In this document: in pieces, positions 27,609 to 37,791 of the stretch
Numbering within the stretch: position 1 is the stretch's first letter
Layout: each line of letters opens with the position of its first letter
NCBI GenBank assembly: GCA_016212295.1
Contig: JACRGO010000073.1
Coordinates: 1-57,760, forward strand
Direction: 5' to 3'
From: Nitrospinota bacterium
GTDB lineage: Bacteria; Nitrospinota; Nitrospinia; JACRGO01
DNA: 57,760 bases
The notes under the pieces: model-generated
What the model saw: the letters and a program-made list of their open reading frames with translations, nothing else
What the model was told of the DNA's origin: nothing
Databases searched by the model: none
Position numbers and translations under genes: made by a program

Positions 27609-28378
27609 GGCTTTCCTGATTGCTTTTGCTCTTCCGCTTCCTGTCTTTCCCTGGACTTGTTGCGGGCCTCCACAAAGGGGTTCCGCGGCAGTTGTTTCAC
27701 TTCGTTGCTCAGCAGCCGGCCATATTTAATGGCGGCCTCCCGGGATAAGGATTCTTCAACTACGCCTCCCATGCCATAAATGCCTCCGGGGGTTTTACCC
27801 GATAGCGCGTCCCAATTTTTTTTGGAGTAACCTTCCTTTGAGGCAAGACAAGTTATCTTGAATTTCTTCACTTTCCTTTTTTCGATTTCTGTTTGCCTGA
27901 CATATTCAAGGACCACGTCAGGGAACATTTCCATATTCTGCAGCGACTCCATGAACGCCGAGATGGCGCTGTCCCTGAATGAGTAGCCCTCCATCACGAT
28001 ACCCGCCGGCTCCTCGGCCAACCGGTCCAGCCACATCTCGCCGGATGGAAGCCGCCGGTTGAGTATTTCATGGTAGAGCCTGGCCGGCTCTTTTTGGTTC
28101 TCCTTGAGTCCTGATATGGTCTTCACCATGGTCTCGAGCCTCTTTTGCATCTTCTCTGATTCCGCTACCTTGGACTCCACATATTTCAGGCTTTCAAGCT
28201 CCTTTTTGATCGCGGCTATCTGGTCCGTCAAGCCCGCGATTTTTTTTCCCTGCATGGAGGAGATGAACCCTGTCAGCCCCAGGGCCAGGACCACCAGCAG
28301 GATGGCCGCGCCGATCTCCATTTGCATATTGGCGCGGACCCTTTCCTTCCTGTAATCCAATAAGTTTATTTTAATCAT
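27605..28378 (-). CDS. pilN: Type IV pilus protein PilN with C-terminal extension
   Basis: MIKINLL motif, TM, coiled coil, MWL, ISAFMESL; stop overlaps the pilO start (ATGA). Confidence 0.9.
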   Translation of the reverse strand: MIKINLLDYRKERVRANMQMEIGAAILLVVLALGLTGFISSMQGKKIAGLTDQIAAIKKELESLKYVESKVAESEKMQKRLETMVKTISGLKENQKEPARLYHEILNRRLPSGEMWLDRLAEEPAGIVMEGYSFRDSAISAFMESLQNMEMFPDVVLEYVRQTEIEKRKVKKFKITCLASKEGYSKKNWDALSGKTPGGIYGMGGVVEESLSREAAIKYGRLLSNEVKQLPRNPFVEARNKSRERQEAEEQKQSGKP

Positions 28379-28389
28379 TGCTTGTCATT

Positions 28390-29469
28390 TCATTGCTTGT
28401 CATTGAACCTGCGGGAGGCCAGCCCGATGCTCACCGCCGCCATTGGACCGATGGTCTCCAGGTAATCGGAATCAAAATTCTTATAGTTGACCTTGATGTT
28501 TAAAAAGGGGTTCAGGATTTCGGTCTTTTTTTCCAGTTTTTCGGAAACCTGCCTGTCGAGGCCGGGCATTATGGCCGCCCCGCCGCTTAAAACAATGTTA
28601 TCCACCTCCCTGTTCCTGGCGGTGCTGAAAAATTCGAAGGACTTGAAAATCTCCTTGGTGATGTCGGCCAATGCGTTAATGACGATCGGGGCGACCTGGT
28701 TCTGGGTTATGCCTTCCACCTCTATCCCGAGTTTCAATTGTTCGGCGACCTCCGGGCCGACGTTCAGCTCTTTTTGAATGGCGCGGTTGAATGCGTCGGA
28801 CCCGATGGAAATGTCCCTGGTGAAGGCCGTGATTCCTCCTTCCACTATATTGATGTTCGTGGAGGAGGCCCCGATGTTCACGAGGGCGGTAACGGTCCTG
28901 GGATCGAATTCGCCGTTCAATTCAAAGCAATTTTCTATGGCGAAGACGTCCAGGTCGACCACTACGGGATATAAACCCGCGGATTTCAATACCTGGAGCC
29001 GCGATTCGATAACGTCTTTTTTTATGGCCGCCAGGATCACGTCCATTTGCCGCTCCCCCTCGCCTTGTGGGCCTTCCTCCGCCGAGTCAGCGCGCAGGAT
29101 AAAGGAGTCAACGTTGACCTCTTCTATGTCGTAAGGAATGTACTGTTCCGCTTCCGCCTTGATGGATTCAGCCAATTTTTCCTCGGCCATGACCGGGACG
29201 CTAATCTTCTTTATTATGACCGACTCGCCGGAAACCGAGGTAACCGCGTATTTGGTCTTGATTTTTTCACAAAGAAGCAATCGTTTGAGGGCGTCCGCGA
29301 CCCCCTCCACGTTTTCCACTACTCCGTCAACTATGAATTCCGGATTGATGGGCATAACGCCGAAGTTCATCAGCTCAAAGGAATTTTTTTTCTTTTTCAA
29401 TTGGGCCAGTTTTATGGAATGCGACCCAATATCAATCCCTATCACTTGTGTGTTCTTTGATAGAAACAT
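28390..29469 (-). CDS. pilM: Type IV pilus protein PilM
   Basis: IGIDIGSHSIK, EAEQYIPY, ALVNIGA, VLSGG, AVSIGLASR. Confidence 0.95.
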   Translation of the reverse strand: MFLSKNTQVIGIDIGSHSIKLAQLKKKKNSFELMNFGVMPINPEFIVDGVVENVEGVADALKRLLLCEKIKTKYAVTSVSGESVIIKKISVPVMAEEKLAESIKAEAEQYIPYDIEEVNVDSFILRADSAEEGPQGEGERQMDVILAAIKKDVIESRLQVLKSAGLYPVVVDLDVFAIENCFELNGEFDPRTVTALVNIGASSTNINIVEGGITAFTRDISIGSDAFNRAIQKELNVGPEVAEQLKLGIEVEGITQNQVAPIVINALADITKEIFKSFEFFSTARNREVDNIVLSGGAAIMPGLDRQVSEKLEKKTEILNPFLNIKVNYKNFDSDYLETIGPMAAVSIGLASRRFNDKQ

Positions 29470-29487
29470 CGTCTTTTAAAAAAAATC

Positions 29488-29735
29488 GTAACTATTCAGC
29501 GAAATGTTATATAACCACGATAGTCGCCGTTAAATGCCTTTTTACATCCCCCTCAATCCCCCTTTGTTAAGGGGGAATGAATGGGTTGTGCCGTCCATCG
29601 TGGTATATTTCCCATACATCGCCTGATTCCCCCTTGTAAAAGGGGGCCAGGGGGATGTAAAAAGGCCGAAGGCTCATTTAACTATAAAAATTCAGTTTTA
29701 AGAAAGACAAAAATAAAAACACACTGAATAGTTAC
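29488..29735. mobile_element. MITE family B, copy 3, carrying CCCCCT/AGGGGG palindromes
   Basis: Perfect TIRs GTAACTATTCAG / CTGAATAGTTAC; 8-bp TSD AAAAAATC (29480-29487 and 29736-29743). Confidence 0.9.
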
Positions 29736-29869
29736 AAAAAATCAACTGTTAACGGTTATAAAAAATAATCCCTGTTGTTGATAAATTTCCCTAAGTATAC
29801 CGGAAAATTATACCAATTATATATAAAAAATCAATAATTTTTTAATAATTTTAATAAATAAGCTACTAA

Positions 29870-30724
29870 TTAATCACCGTGTAGATCCTTAAAATCAAAG
29901 GAAGAGGCTATTCCGGCATACTCCAGCCCCTGCTCCACATGCCCCCTTTTACTGCTTCCACTGGAAAGTATCAGGCACTTTTCTCTGTACACCCGTACAG
30001 CCTCCTCCCTTTGCTCCAAGGTAAGTTTTCCCTCACTAAGCAATTTGGCCAGGGAGCGGACCCTGAACCGGTCCATCCCCCAGAATTTCCTGGAAAGCTG
30101 GTCCTCGTGTCCCCCACGCTTGATGGTTAGCTTTTCGTCTATATAATCCACCTCATAATCCTTGGCCACACGTAGCCACAGATCATAGTCCTCGCAGGCT
30201 GTAAGGGACTCATCAAACAGTCCCACCCTCTCAAACAATTCACGCCTTACAATAACCGAGGAGGGGCTTATCATGCAAAGTAAAAGGCATTTGGAAAAAA
30301 TCAGTCCACCGGACTTCTGGTGCTTTTTCATTGGATTCACGCGGACGCCCCTTCTAACCCATATCTCGTCCGTGTGTCCAAGAAAAATATCGGGAAGAGA
30401 TTCCATACGCTCCACTTGGCGTTGAATCTTCCTCTTGTCCCAAAGGTCGTCGGAGTCCAGGAAGGCGATATACCCGCCTTCTGTCTCCATGATTCCACGG
30501 TTCCTTGCAGCGGAAACCCCTCTCTGTTCCTGCCTGATCAACCGGTAGGAGCCTTTGAACGCGCCAAGGAATTCTTCCTGGTCCTCAGTGGAGCCGTCGT
30601 CTATGATCAAGACCTCCAGATTGGAATACGTCTGCTGAAGGACCGACTCAACCGCCTCTTTAAGAAAGGCGGCCCTGTTGTGCGTGGGGATTATAACGGA
30701 GACCTTTGGACTGGCGGAGGACAT
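29870..30724 (-). CDS. Glycosyltransferase family 2
   Basis: VSVIIPTHNR, IDDGST, GVSAARNRG, FLDSDD, EDYDLWLR. Confidence 0.93.
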   Translation of the reverse strand: MSSASPKVSVIIPTHNRAAFLKEAVESVLQQTYSNLEVLIIDDGSTEDQEEFLGAFKGSYRLIRQEQRGVSAARNRGIMETEGGYIAFLDSDDLWDKRKIQRQVERMESLPDIFLGHTDEIWVRRGVRVNPMKKHQKSGGLIFSKCLLLCMISPSSVIVRRELFERVGLFDESLTACEDYDLWLRVAKDYEVDYIDEKLTIKRGGHEDQLSRKFWGMDRFRVRSLAKLLSEGKLTLEQREEAVRVYREKCLILSSGSSKRGHVEQGLEYAGIASSFDFKDLHGD

Positions 30725-30781
30725 GGGGCAATCTTATCAAAATTCGGCCGGAGAGAAAAGGTTGTTGGGAAAGCAAACTGC

Positions 30782-31148
30782 AATTATAAATTACGAATTA
30801 CGAATTACGAATTGGCATATTGGTGTCCTTTTGTGGTTTTCTGAATAGATGCGATAATGCGACAGAGTTCTTCGGCATCGGCGTGGATGCTCTCGAATTC
30901 GGATTGAGTCAGGTAATTGGTATCCTTTAGGAGGCGGAGCCAGTAGGAAGTTTCACGGGCTTCTTTGTAGGCGATGGACATTTTTGAAACAAAGTCGGCG
31001 CGAGATTGTCCACCGATGGCCTCTTCAACGTTCGCACCGATGCTTGTTCCGCACCGCGAACGCATAGCTCTTGGCCTGAATAACATTATCAGCCTTCACC
31101 CCATTTCCTCCCAACTATTCGTAATTCGTAATTTTTAATTCCTAATTG
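30782..31148. repeat. Inverted tandem AATTACG/CGTAATT heptamer arrays bracketing the four-helix-bundle gene
   Basis: (aattacg)n at 30782-30813; (attcgta)n at 31117-31148. Confidence 0.85.
30805..31099 (-). pseudogene. Four-helix-bundle protein (IVS-protein/bAvd-like) with internal deletion and frameshift
   Basis: GTG 31099 gives MKADNVIQAKSYAFAVR; another frame gives CGTSIGANVEEAIGGQSRADF...KEARETSYWL; the usual ~20 residues between them are missing. Confidence 0.8.
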
Positions 31149-31275
31149 CTTCCAGCACTTCCGGCATTCTCATTCTTCTCCAGTTGGTCCTGGCTTGGTG
31201 TTTGGTTTGGTATTATAATATCACCAAACGTATTGATACACGGAAAATTTATTTTGGTCGCGGCCCTATCTCGCT

Positions 31276-32064
31276 ATGAAAAACAAAAAAACTCTTGAGG
31301 ATTTGATAGCCCTGGCGGCCAGGCTGCGCGGGGACAAGGGGTGCCAGTGGGACAAGGAGCAGACCAGGGAATCCATCAAGCCATATCTTGTCGAGGAGAC
31401 GTACGAGGTCCTGGAGGCCATTGACCACAAGGACCCTGAGAAGATAAAAGAAGAACTGGGCGACCTCCTCTTTCAGATCATTTTCCACGCCAGGATATCG
31501 GAAGAACGAGGGGAGTTTGGAATTTACGACGTCATCGGCGGCATCTGCTCCAAGCTGGTGCGTAGGCACCCGCACGTATTTGAGGACGCCAAGGTCAAGG
31601 GCACAAAGGATATCCTTCGCCAATGGGAGGAAATCAAGCGCTCCGAGAGGGAAGACAAACATAAAAATAAGGCCCTGCATGGGGTCCCTCCCCATCTCCC
31701 TGGACTGGTCCGCGCCCAAAGGCTGCAGGAAAAAGCGGCCAGGGCCGGGTTTAACTGGGATGACGCCAACGAAATCCTCGCTAAAATCCAGGAGGAAATG
31801 GAGGAACTCCTGAAGGCGCTGAATCAGGGAGACCCCGCCGCCATCCAGAACGAAATAGGCGACCTCCTGTTCGCGGTTGTAAACTTTTCCAGGTTCATGG
31901 GGGTCCACGCGGAGGAGGCCCTTAAGACAACCATAAAGCGCTTCATATCCAGGTTCGAGTACATGGAAGAGAAGATTATAAGCGGCGGAAGGGAACTCAA
32001 GAACGTCTCCCTGAAGGAGATGGACCGCTATTGGGACGAGGCCAAGGAGATAGAACGTGGATAG
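31276..32064 (+). CDS. mazG: Nucleoside triphosphate pyrophosphohydrolase
   Basis: GCQWDKEQT, EETYEV, EELGDLL, KLVRRHPHVF, EIGDLLF. Confidence 0.95.
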   Translation: MKNKKTLEDLIALAARLRGDKGCQWDKEQTRESIKPYLVEETYEVLEAIDHKDPEKIKEELGDLLFQIIFHARISEERGEFGIYDVIGGICSKLVRRHPHVFEDAKVKGTKDILRQWEEIKRSEREDKHKNKALHGVPPHLPGLVRAQRLQEKAARAGFNWDDANEILAKIQEEMEELLKALNQGDPAAIQNEIGDLLFAVVNFSRFMGVHAEEALKTTIKRFISRFEYMEEKIISGGRELKNVSLKEMDRYWDEAKEIERG

Positions 32065-32116
32065 CGATGGCGGCGCGGAGCGGCTTGGCCGAGGCCAATT
32101 TGTTTTATGAAACTCT

Positions 32117-32317
32117 AGCCAAAAATATTTGAAATTTTCAAAAAAGGCGCAATGTTTTTTCACGGTTGGAGATACTTGCTCGCCTATTCCGAAAATTTAT
32201 CTCTTTTTGCCATAAAACGTTTCACTTTTTGCCGCCTTTTTGAAATTTCAAATATTTTTGGCTCATTGCCGAAATGAAATGTGCGCGATAAATTCTCAGA
32301 ATAGGCGAGTAAGTATC
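32117..32317. repeat. Two interleaved inverted-repeat pairs (A-B-A'-B')
   Basis: A 32117-32149 / A' 32233-32263; B 32171-32201 / B' 32287-32317 (28/31 match). Confidence 0.85.
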
Positions 32318-32491
32318 CAAATCTCAATTGTCAAATAACAAATAAACCCCAATAACCAAAATTACAAATGACAAACAAGGGAATGGAATTGTTTTGGACA
32401 TTCGGTAATTGCAATTTGTAATTTATTTGTAATTTGCTATTTGTCATTTGGGATTTTTTTTCACTTTTGCTTGCGGCGAAGCCGCGCAATG
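32318..32491. repeat. Repeat family A, copy 5
   Basis: caaatctcaattgtcaaataacaaataaa...atttgtcatttgggatttt plus tail gcttgcggcgaagccgcgc. Confidence 0.85.
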
Positions 32492-32527
32492 TCATCCGTG
32501 TTCCACTAAAAATAGAATCCCAACGCC

Positions 32528-33475
32528 ATGAAACCAGAACTTGGCTTCATCTATTCCGAAAAATACCTCCTGCACGAAACCGGCAACCACCCCGAAAATA
32601 AAGGCCGCCTGACCGCCATACTGGAAGCGGTGGAAAAGAGCGGCCTGAGCCCAAGACTGCTCCGGATCGACCCGGTCCCCGCCACGGAGGAACAGATCGC
32701 CCTGATCCACGGCAAGGACTATATCCGTTCAGTCGAACGGGCGTGGGATGAAGGGCATAGGCGGCTCGACCCTGACACTGTCATCTGCCGGGAATCCTTT
32801 TCCGTTGCCCTTCTCGCGGCGGGCGCGGCTATTGGCGCGGTTGACATGGTCCTGAATGGCGATATTAAAAGGGCCTTCTGCGCGGTGCGGCCTCCAGGGC
32901 ATCACGCTGAACGTGGCCGCGCCATGGGGTTCTGTCTATTCAACAACGCGGCCATTGGCGCTGAATACGCACTCAGGTCGCGCGGACTCAAAAAAGTCTT
33001 CATCCTGGATTGGGACATCCACCACGGAAACGGGACCCAAAATTCCTTCTACCACAGAGGCGACGTCTATTACGCCAGCATCCACCAATGGCCGAATTAT
33101 CCAGGCACCGGCCTAGCGGAAGAGACCGGGGAAGGCGAGGGCCTTGGAGCGAACCGCAACCTTCCAGTAAACCCTTTCCAAGGCGATGACGCCTATCTGG
33201 ATATTTTCAGGGAATCAGTCATACCGGAAATCCTACGGTTTTCCCCGGAGTTGGTGGTGATTTCCGCGGGATTCGACGCGCATCAATCAGATTTCCTTGC
33301 CTCCATGAACGTTTCCACTGAGGGTTTTGGGAGGATGACGGAGATGGTGGCGGAGGCTGCTGACAAGGTGTGCGGCGGGCGTATAGTATCAGTGCTGGAA
33401 GGGGGATACCATTTGAAGGCGCTTGGGGACTCCGTGGCCGTTCATCTGGAAAAGATGATGGGTAAGGAAAGGTGA
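32528..33475 (+). CDS. Histone deacetylase family (Zn-dependent amidohydrolase)
   Basis: HPE, RPPGHHA, MGFC.FNN, DWDIHHGNGTQ, SAGFDAH, LEGGY. Confidence 0.95.
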   Translation: MKPELGFIYSEKYLLHETGNHPENKGRLTAILEAVEKSGLSPRLLRIDPVPATEEQIALIHGKDYIRSVERAWDEGHRRLDPDTVICRESFSVALLAAGAAIGAVDMVLNGDIKRAFCAVRPPGHHAERGRAMGFCLFNNAAIGAEYALRSRGLKKVFILDWDIHHGNGTQNSFYHRGDVYYASIHQWPNYPGTGLAEETGEGEGLGANRNLPVNPFQGDDAYLDIFRESVIPEILRFSPELVVISAGFDAHQSDFLASMNVSTEGFGRMTEMVAEAADKVCGGRIVSVLEGGYHLKALGDSVAVHLEKMMGKER

Positions 33476-33611
33476 AAGGAAGGCGAAGGGCGAAGAGGCG
33501 GAAGACTGAAGGCGGAGGCCAGAGGACGGAAGGCAATTGTCGATTGTCAATTGTAAATGGTCAACTACTAACCCCTAACCGCTATCCGCTAACCCCTAAT
33601 CGCTATCCGCT
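33473..33611. repeat. Stack of three different heptamer tandem arrays between convergent genes
   Basis: GAAGGC/AGAGGAC-type units; (CAATTGT)-type x4 at 33534-33564; (CTAACCC/CTATCCG) x6 at 33568-33611. Confidence 0.75.
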
Positions 33612-33615
33612 GCTA

Positions 33616-36204
33616 TCAGGCATTTACCAGCGAGGCGCCGCAGCACTTCTTGTACTTCTTTCCGCTTCCGCACGGGCATGGGTCGTTCCTGCCGACCTTT
33701 GGGGCTTCCCGCTTCACGGTGTGCGGCTCAGGGGCGCCGCCTCCCTCGAATTCTCCCCTGTGCTCAATCATCCTGGCCGGCTTTCTTGGGGCCTCCCTCA
33801 CCCGGATTTCCTCCGGGGTGGAGATATGAACGTGGAAGATGGTCTGTGTAATAGTCTCCTTGGCGCGGGCCACCATATCGCTGAACAGGTCGAACCCTTC
33901 CTTCTTATATTCATTGAGTGGGTTTTTCTGGGCGTAGCCCCTCAGTCCCACGGACTCCTTAAGGTGGTCCATTGTGAGGAGATGGTCCTTCCACTGCGAA
34001 TCAATGGTCTGCAGCATGACGTTCGTAAGGAGCATGTCCGTGATCTCCTTGGGAATATTGCTCATCCGCTCCTCAAAGGACCTTTGAATTATTCCGTGGA
34101 GTTTTTCCTTCAGCCCTTCCCTGTCCACGCCGGCGATGTCCGCCGCGTCACTCCCGTCAAGCCTCGAAATTTTGCCAGCCCCCACGTCGATCTTGAGGTG
34201 GAGGTTGAAGAGCCGCAGGAGCGCCTCTTCCAGGCCGCGAAGGTCCCACTCCTCCGCGTATAATTTGGGGTCCACGTAGGCGTCGATGTTCTCCTCCAAT
34301 ACGTCGTCCACCATCTCCATGAGGGTGTTCTTGAGGCTTTCCCCGGTTAGGATCTGGCGTCTGAGGTCGTACACAACCGTCCTCTGCTTGTTCATGACGT
34401 CATCATATTCCAGGAGATGCTTCCGCATGTCGAAGTTGTGGGCCTCCACCTTCTTTTGCGCGTTCTCAACGGCCCTGGTGATGAACTTGTGCTCAATGGG
34501 CTCTCCCTCTTCCATGCCCAGTTTTTCCATGATCCCGGAGATCCTTTCGGAGCCGAAGATCCTCAGGAGGTCGTCCTCAAGCGAGAGATAGAACCTTGAT
34601 GAGCCAGGGTCGCCTTGCCTGCCGGAGCGGCCCCGCAACTGGTTGTCGATCCGCCTGCTTTCGTGCCGCTCGGTGCCTATGATGTGGAGTCCGCCGAGGT
34701 CCGGCACGCCCTCCTCCAGCACTATGTCCGTTCCCCTCCCCGCCATGTTGGTGGCGATGGTGACGCCCGCCTTTCTTCCGGCCTTTGCCACTATCTCCGC
34801 CTCGCGCTCGTGGTGCTTGGCGTTCAAGACATTGTGCGGCACCCCTTTTTTCTTCAGCAGGGCGCTCAACCTTTCCGACTTCTCGATGGAGATGGTCCCG
34901 ACCAGCACGGGCTGGCCTTTCTTGTGGAGTTCCTGTATCTCGTCCGCCGCGGCGTTGAATTTTTCCCGCACCGTGCGGTAGATCACGTCGGAAAATTCCT
35001 TGCGTATCATTGGCCTGTTTGGAGGAATGACCAGCACCTCCAGCTTGTAGATGGCGGAGAATTCAGCGGCCTCGGTGTCGGCGGTGCCGGTCATCCCGGC
35101 CAGTTTTTTATATAGCCGGAAATAATTCTGGAAGGTGATGGTTGCCAGGGTCTGGTTCTCGCTCTCGATCTTCACGTCCTCCTTTGCCTCAAGAGCTTGG
35201 TGAAGGCCGTCGCTGTACCTTCTCCCGGGCATGAGCCTTCCCGTGAATTCATCCACTATCAGCACCTCGTCCTCCTTGACCACGTAGTCAACGTCCCTCT
35301 TGAAAATCTTGTGCGCCTTGAGGGCCTGGTTCACGTGGTGCAGGAGTTCGATGTTGCTGGGATCATAAAGATTTTCCACCGGGATGGCCTTTTCCACCTT
35401 GGCCACGCCCTCCTCGGTGAGAAACACCGTGCGGGTCTTCTCCTCGATCTGATAGTCCTCCTTGTTCAACCTGGGGATGATTTTGTTGATCATGTAATAC
35501 TTGTCGGTTGAGTCCTCGGAAGGCCCTGAGATTATAAGCGGGGTCCTTGCCTCGTCGATGAGTATGCTGTCCACCTCATCCACTATGGCGTAGTTGAGTT
35601 CCCTCTGGACATAGTCCTTGAAGGAGTATTTCATGTTGTCGCGCAGGTAGTCGAAGCCGTACTCGTTATTGGTCCCGTAGGTGATGTCCGACCCGTACGC
35701 CTGCTGGCGCTCGGAGTCGTTCATTCCGTGCTGGATGACTCCAACGGACAGGCCCAGGAATTTGTAAACGGCGCCCATCCATTCGCTGTCGCGCCTGGCG
35801 AGGTAGTCGTTGACCGTCACCACATGCACCCCTTTCCCGGCCAGGGAGTTAAGGTACACGGGAAGGGTGGCCACAAGGGTCTTCCCCTCCCCGGTCTTCA
35901 TCTCCGCTATCTTCCCCTCGTGGAGGACCACTCCCCCTATGAGTTGGACGTCGAAATGCCGCATGTTCAGGGTCCTTCTGGCCGCCTCCCTCACAACAGC
36001 GAAGGTCTCAGGAAGCATTTCCTCCAGGGTCGCGCCTCTTTCTATTTTGCCCTTGAACTCAACGGTTTTTTGCCTTAAATCATCGTCGGAGAGGCTCCGG
36101 GTCTGTTCCTCCAAGGAGTTGATCTGGACAACGTAGGGCTGGAGCCTCTTCAATTCACGGTCGTTTCTGGTCCCGAATATTTTTTTGAATATATGGTTGA
36201 TCAT
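33616..36204 (-). CDS. secA: Preprotein translocase subunit SecA
   Basis: [65 protein letters not shown]. Confidence 0.99.
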   Translation of the reverse strand: MINHIFKKIFGTRNDRELKRLQPYVVQINSLEEQTRSLSDDDLRQKTVEFKGKIERGATLEEMLPETFAVVREAARRTLNMRHFDVQLIGGVVLHEGKIAEMKTGEGKTLVATLPVYLNSLAGKGVHVVTVNDYLARRDSEWMGAVYKFLGLSVGVIQHGMNDSERQQAYGSDITYGTNNEYGFDYLRDNMKYSFKDYVQRELNYAIVDEVDSILIDEARTPLIISGPSEDSTDKYYMINKIIPRLNKEDYQIEEKTRTVFLTEEGVAKVEKAIPVENLYDPSNIELLHHVNQALKAHKIFKRDVDYVVKEDEVLIVDEFTGRLMPGRRYSDGLHQALEAKEDVKIESENQTLATITFQNYFRLYKKLAGMTGTADTEAAEFSAIYKLEVLVIPPNRPMIRKEFSDVIYRTVREKFNAAADEIQELHKKGQPVLVGTISIEKSERLSALLKKKGVPHNVLNAKHHEREAEIVAKAGRKAGVTIATNMAGRGTDIVLEEGVPDLGGLHIIGTERHESRRIDNQLRGRSGRQGDPGSSRFYLSLEDDLLRIFGSERISGIMEKLGMEEGEPIEHKFITRAVENAQKKVEAHNFDMRKHLLEYDDVMNKQRTVVYDLRRQILTGESLKNTLMEMVDDVLEENIDAYVDPKLYAEEWDLRGLEEALLRLFNLHLKIDVGAGKISRLDGSDAADIAGVDREGLKEKLHGIIQRSFEERMSNIPKEITDMLLTNVMLQTIDSQWKDHLLTMDHLKESVGLRGYAQKNPLNEYKKEGFDLFSDMVARAKETITQTIFHVHISTPEEIRVREAPRKPARMIEHRGEFEGGGAPEPHTVKREAPKVGRNDPCPCGSGKKYKKCCGASLVNA

Positions 36205-36230
36205 GGATGCCTGCGCCTTTTTAAAGAATT

Positions 36231-36394
36231 GAACTTAACGCCCTTCGGGCGGACTTTAAAGAATTGACATCCCCCTAGCCCCCTTTTTTAAGGGGGAATA
36301 TCTCAAAAATTCCCCCCTGGCAAGGGGGGATCAAGGGGGGTGTGCTTCATGTATCTATTTGATTTTAAAAGATTAAAAATGGAAATTCCTATAC
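36231..36394 (+). mobile_element. Family D element, copy 2, carrying CCCCCT/AGGGGG palindromes
   Basis: gaacttaaCGCCCttcGGGCGgactttaaagaattgacatc ... atttgattttaaaagattaaaaatggaaattcctatac. Confidence 0.75.
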
Positions 36395-36410
36395 GTTTTA
36401 AATATTTTTT

Positions 36411-36538
36411 TTACTGCTATTGGGAAAATAATCGCTGCTCAAAAAGTTGCGTGTTACGTGTTGCGGGGCGTCTTTTCAACCCGCGACTCGCAACCCGCAA
36501 CAAGTTGGTAATCAAAAATATTTTACGATAGCCGTTTA
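36411..36538. repeat. Inverted GTTGCG/CGCAAC heptamer palindrome inside an imperfect outer IR
   Basis: gttgcgtgttacgtgttgcgg...cccgcgactcgcaacccgcaac (36446-36501); outer actgctattgggaaaata / tattttacgatagccgt. Confidence 0.6.
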
Positions 36539-36540
36539 AT

Positions 36541-36580
36541 AAAAAAAAACCCCAGCGGTAAAATTCCATTCCGCCGGGGT
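36541..36580 (-). terminator. Intrinsic terminator after the M23 gene
   Basis: Minus strand ACCCCGGCGG-N12-CCGCTGGGGT followed by a T tract. Confidence 0.75.
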
Positions 36581-36644
36581 ATATACCCTTATATTTTATT
36601 ATAATGGAAAATTCTTTTAAAAAAAACCGGTTCCAATCCGGTCC

Positions 36645-37586
36645 TTATAACTCGCCGGTGCCCTCTTCGAAGATGTACCGCATAGGATTAACCGGGACCC
36701 CGTTCAACATGACTTCATAATGGCTGTGAGGTCCGGTGCTCCTTCCGGTGTTCCCGACCTCGGCTATGACCTGTCCCCTTTTCACCCTGTCGCCCACCTT
36801 CACGAAATGCTTGGAATTATGCCCGTACCTGGTCCTGACCCCATAGCCGTGGTCTATTTCCACCATCTTGCCGAAACTGCTGTCCCTGTCCGAGCTGACC
36901 ACGACTCCGTTGGCCGTTGCCACTACCGGCGAACCCACGCGGGTGGCGATATCGACCCCGGCATGGAGTTCCCTTAGCCCGGTAAAGGGGGAACTGCGAT
37001 ACCCGAAGGTGGAAGTTACCCATCCCCTTGCGGGCCAGATGGAAGGCGTTGAGGTAAGCAGTGAGGATTGGTTTTTAAAGAATTCGTCAAGTTCCAGGAA
37101 GCTCATTTCCTGCAGCTCGGAGCGGACCCGCAGATTTTTTAGGTCCTCATGTATACGCGAGCTGAGGGCGCTGTTGGGAGAATCCAGGGAGCCTTCCTCA
37201 TCAATGCGCTCCTCGGAACCACCGATGCCAAGCCCTCCCCCGCCTTGTTGGCCCTTGGGAAGGTCCAGGGCGGTGATGACCCGGAGTTTTCTGTCGAACT
37301 TTTCCAGGCGGACCATTTGGGACTCGAAGTCCTGTATTTTCCTGGAAAACTTATGGAGTTGGACTTGCTGGTCCTGGTTTTCCTTTCTTAGCGAGTCCAG
37401 TTCAACCACTTCCCGGCTGATTTCAAAATAGCGATTATAAAAATAGTATGACGCTACGAAAAAAATAACGGAAGAGACCAGGACAAAGGAAAGCAGGAAC
37501 TTAACAACTTTTTTGTGAAGTTGAAATCGCCGGGGATTAGCCGAGGTATTGGAAAAAATTAAAAGATTGTAGTAATTGTTCGCCAT
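36645..37586 (-). CDS. M23 family metallopeptidase (TM + coiled coil)
   Basis: TPSIWP, HAGVD, YGH, GNTGRSTGPHSHYEV. Confidence 0.93.
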   Translation of the reverse strand: MANNYYNLLIFSNTSANPRRFQLHKKVVKFLLSFVLVSSVIFFVASYYFYNRYFEISREVVELDSLRKENQDQQVQLHKFSRKIQDFESQMVRLEKFDRKLRVITALDLPKGQQGGGGLGIGGSEERIDEEGSLDSPNSALSSRIHEDLKNLRVRSELQEMSFLELDEFFKNQSSLLTSTPSIWPARGWVTSTFGYRSSPFTGLRELHAGVDIATRVGSPVVATANGVVVSSDRDSSFGKMVEIDHGYGVRTRYGHNSKHFVKVGDRVKRGQVIAEVGNTGRSTGPHSHYEVMLNGVPVNPMRYIFEEGTGEL

Positions 37587-37652
37587 TCGGAATTTGAACC
37601 TTAGGAAACATTACTCCAAAAAGAATGAAAAAGCCGTACATACTGGGGGTTT

Positions 37653-37681
37653 ACTTTATAGAATTTTGCCCTTTTTGTCAA
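37653..37681 (-). promoter_or_regulatory. Putative sigma70 promoter for the M23 gene
   Basis: Minus strand TTGACA-N17-TAAAGT. Confidence 0.5.
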
Positions 37682-37791
37682 GTAAATTTTAAAAATTAAA
37701 ATTACTTTTCCTTGGAAATCCGTGTCATCAGCGTTATCCTCTGCCGGTTGCATAGCCCAGACGGGACTATGGAGCCGGCAAGGATTTTTTT

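Noticed and set aside
31249-32163. 304-aa minus-strand ORF
   Set aside because: Antisense to a clear mazG.
33472-34263. 263-aa ORF overlapping the HDAC stop
   Set aside because: Its N-terminus is translated heptamer repeats and the rest is antisense to secA.
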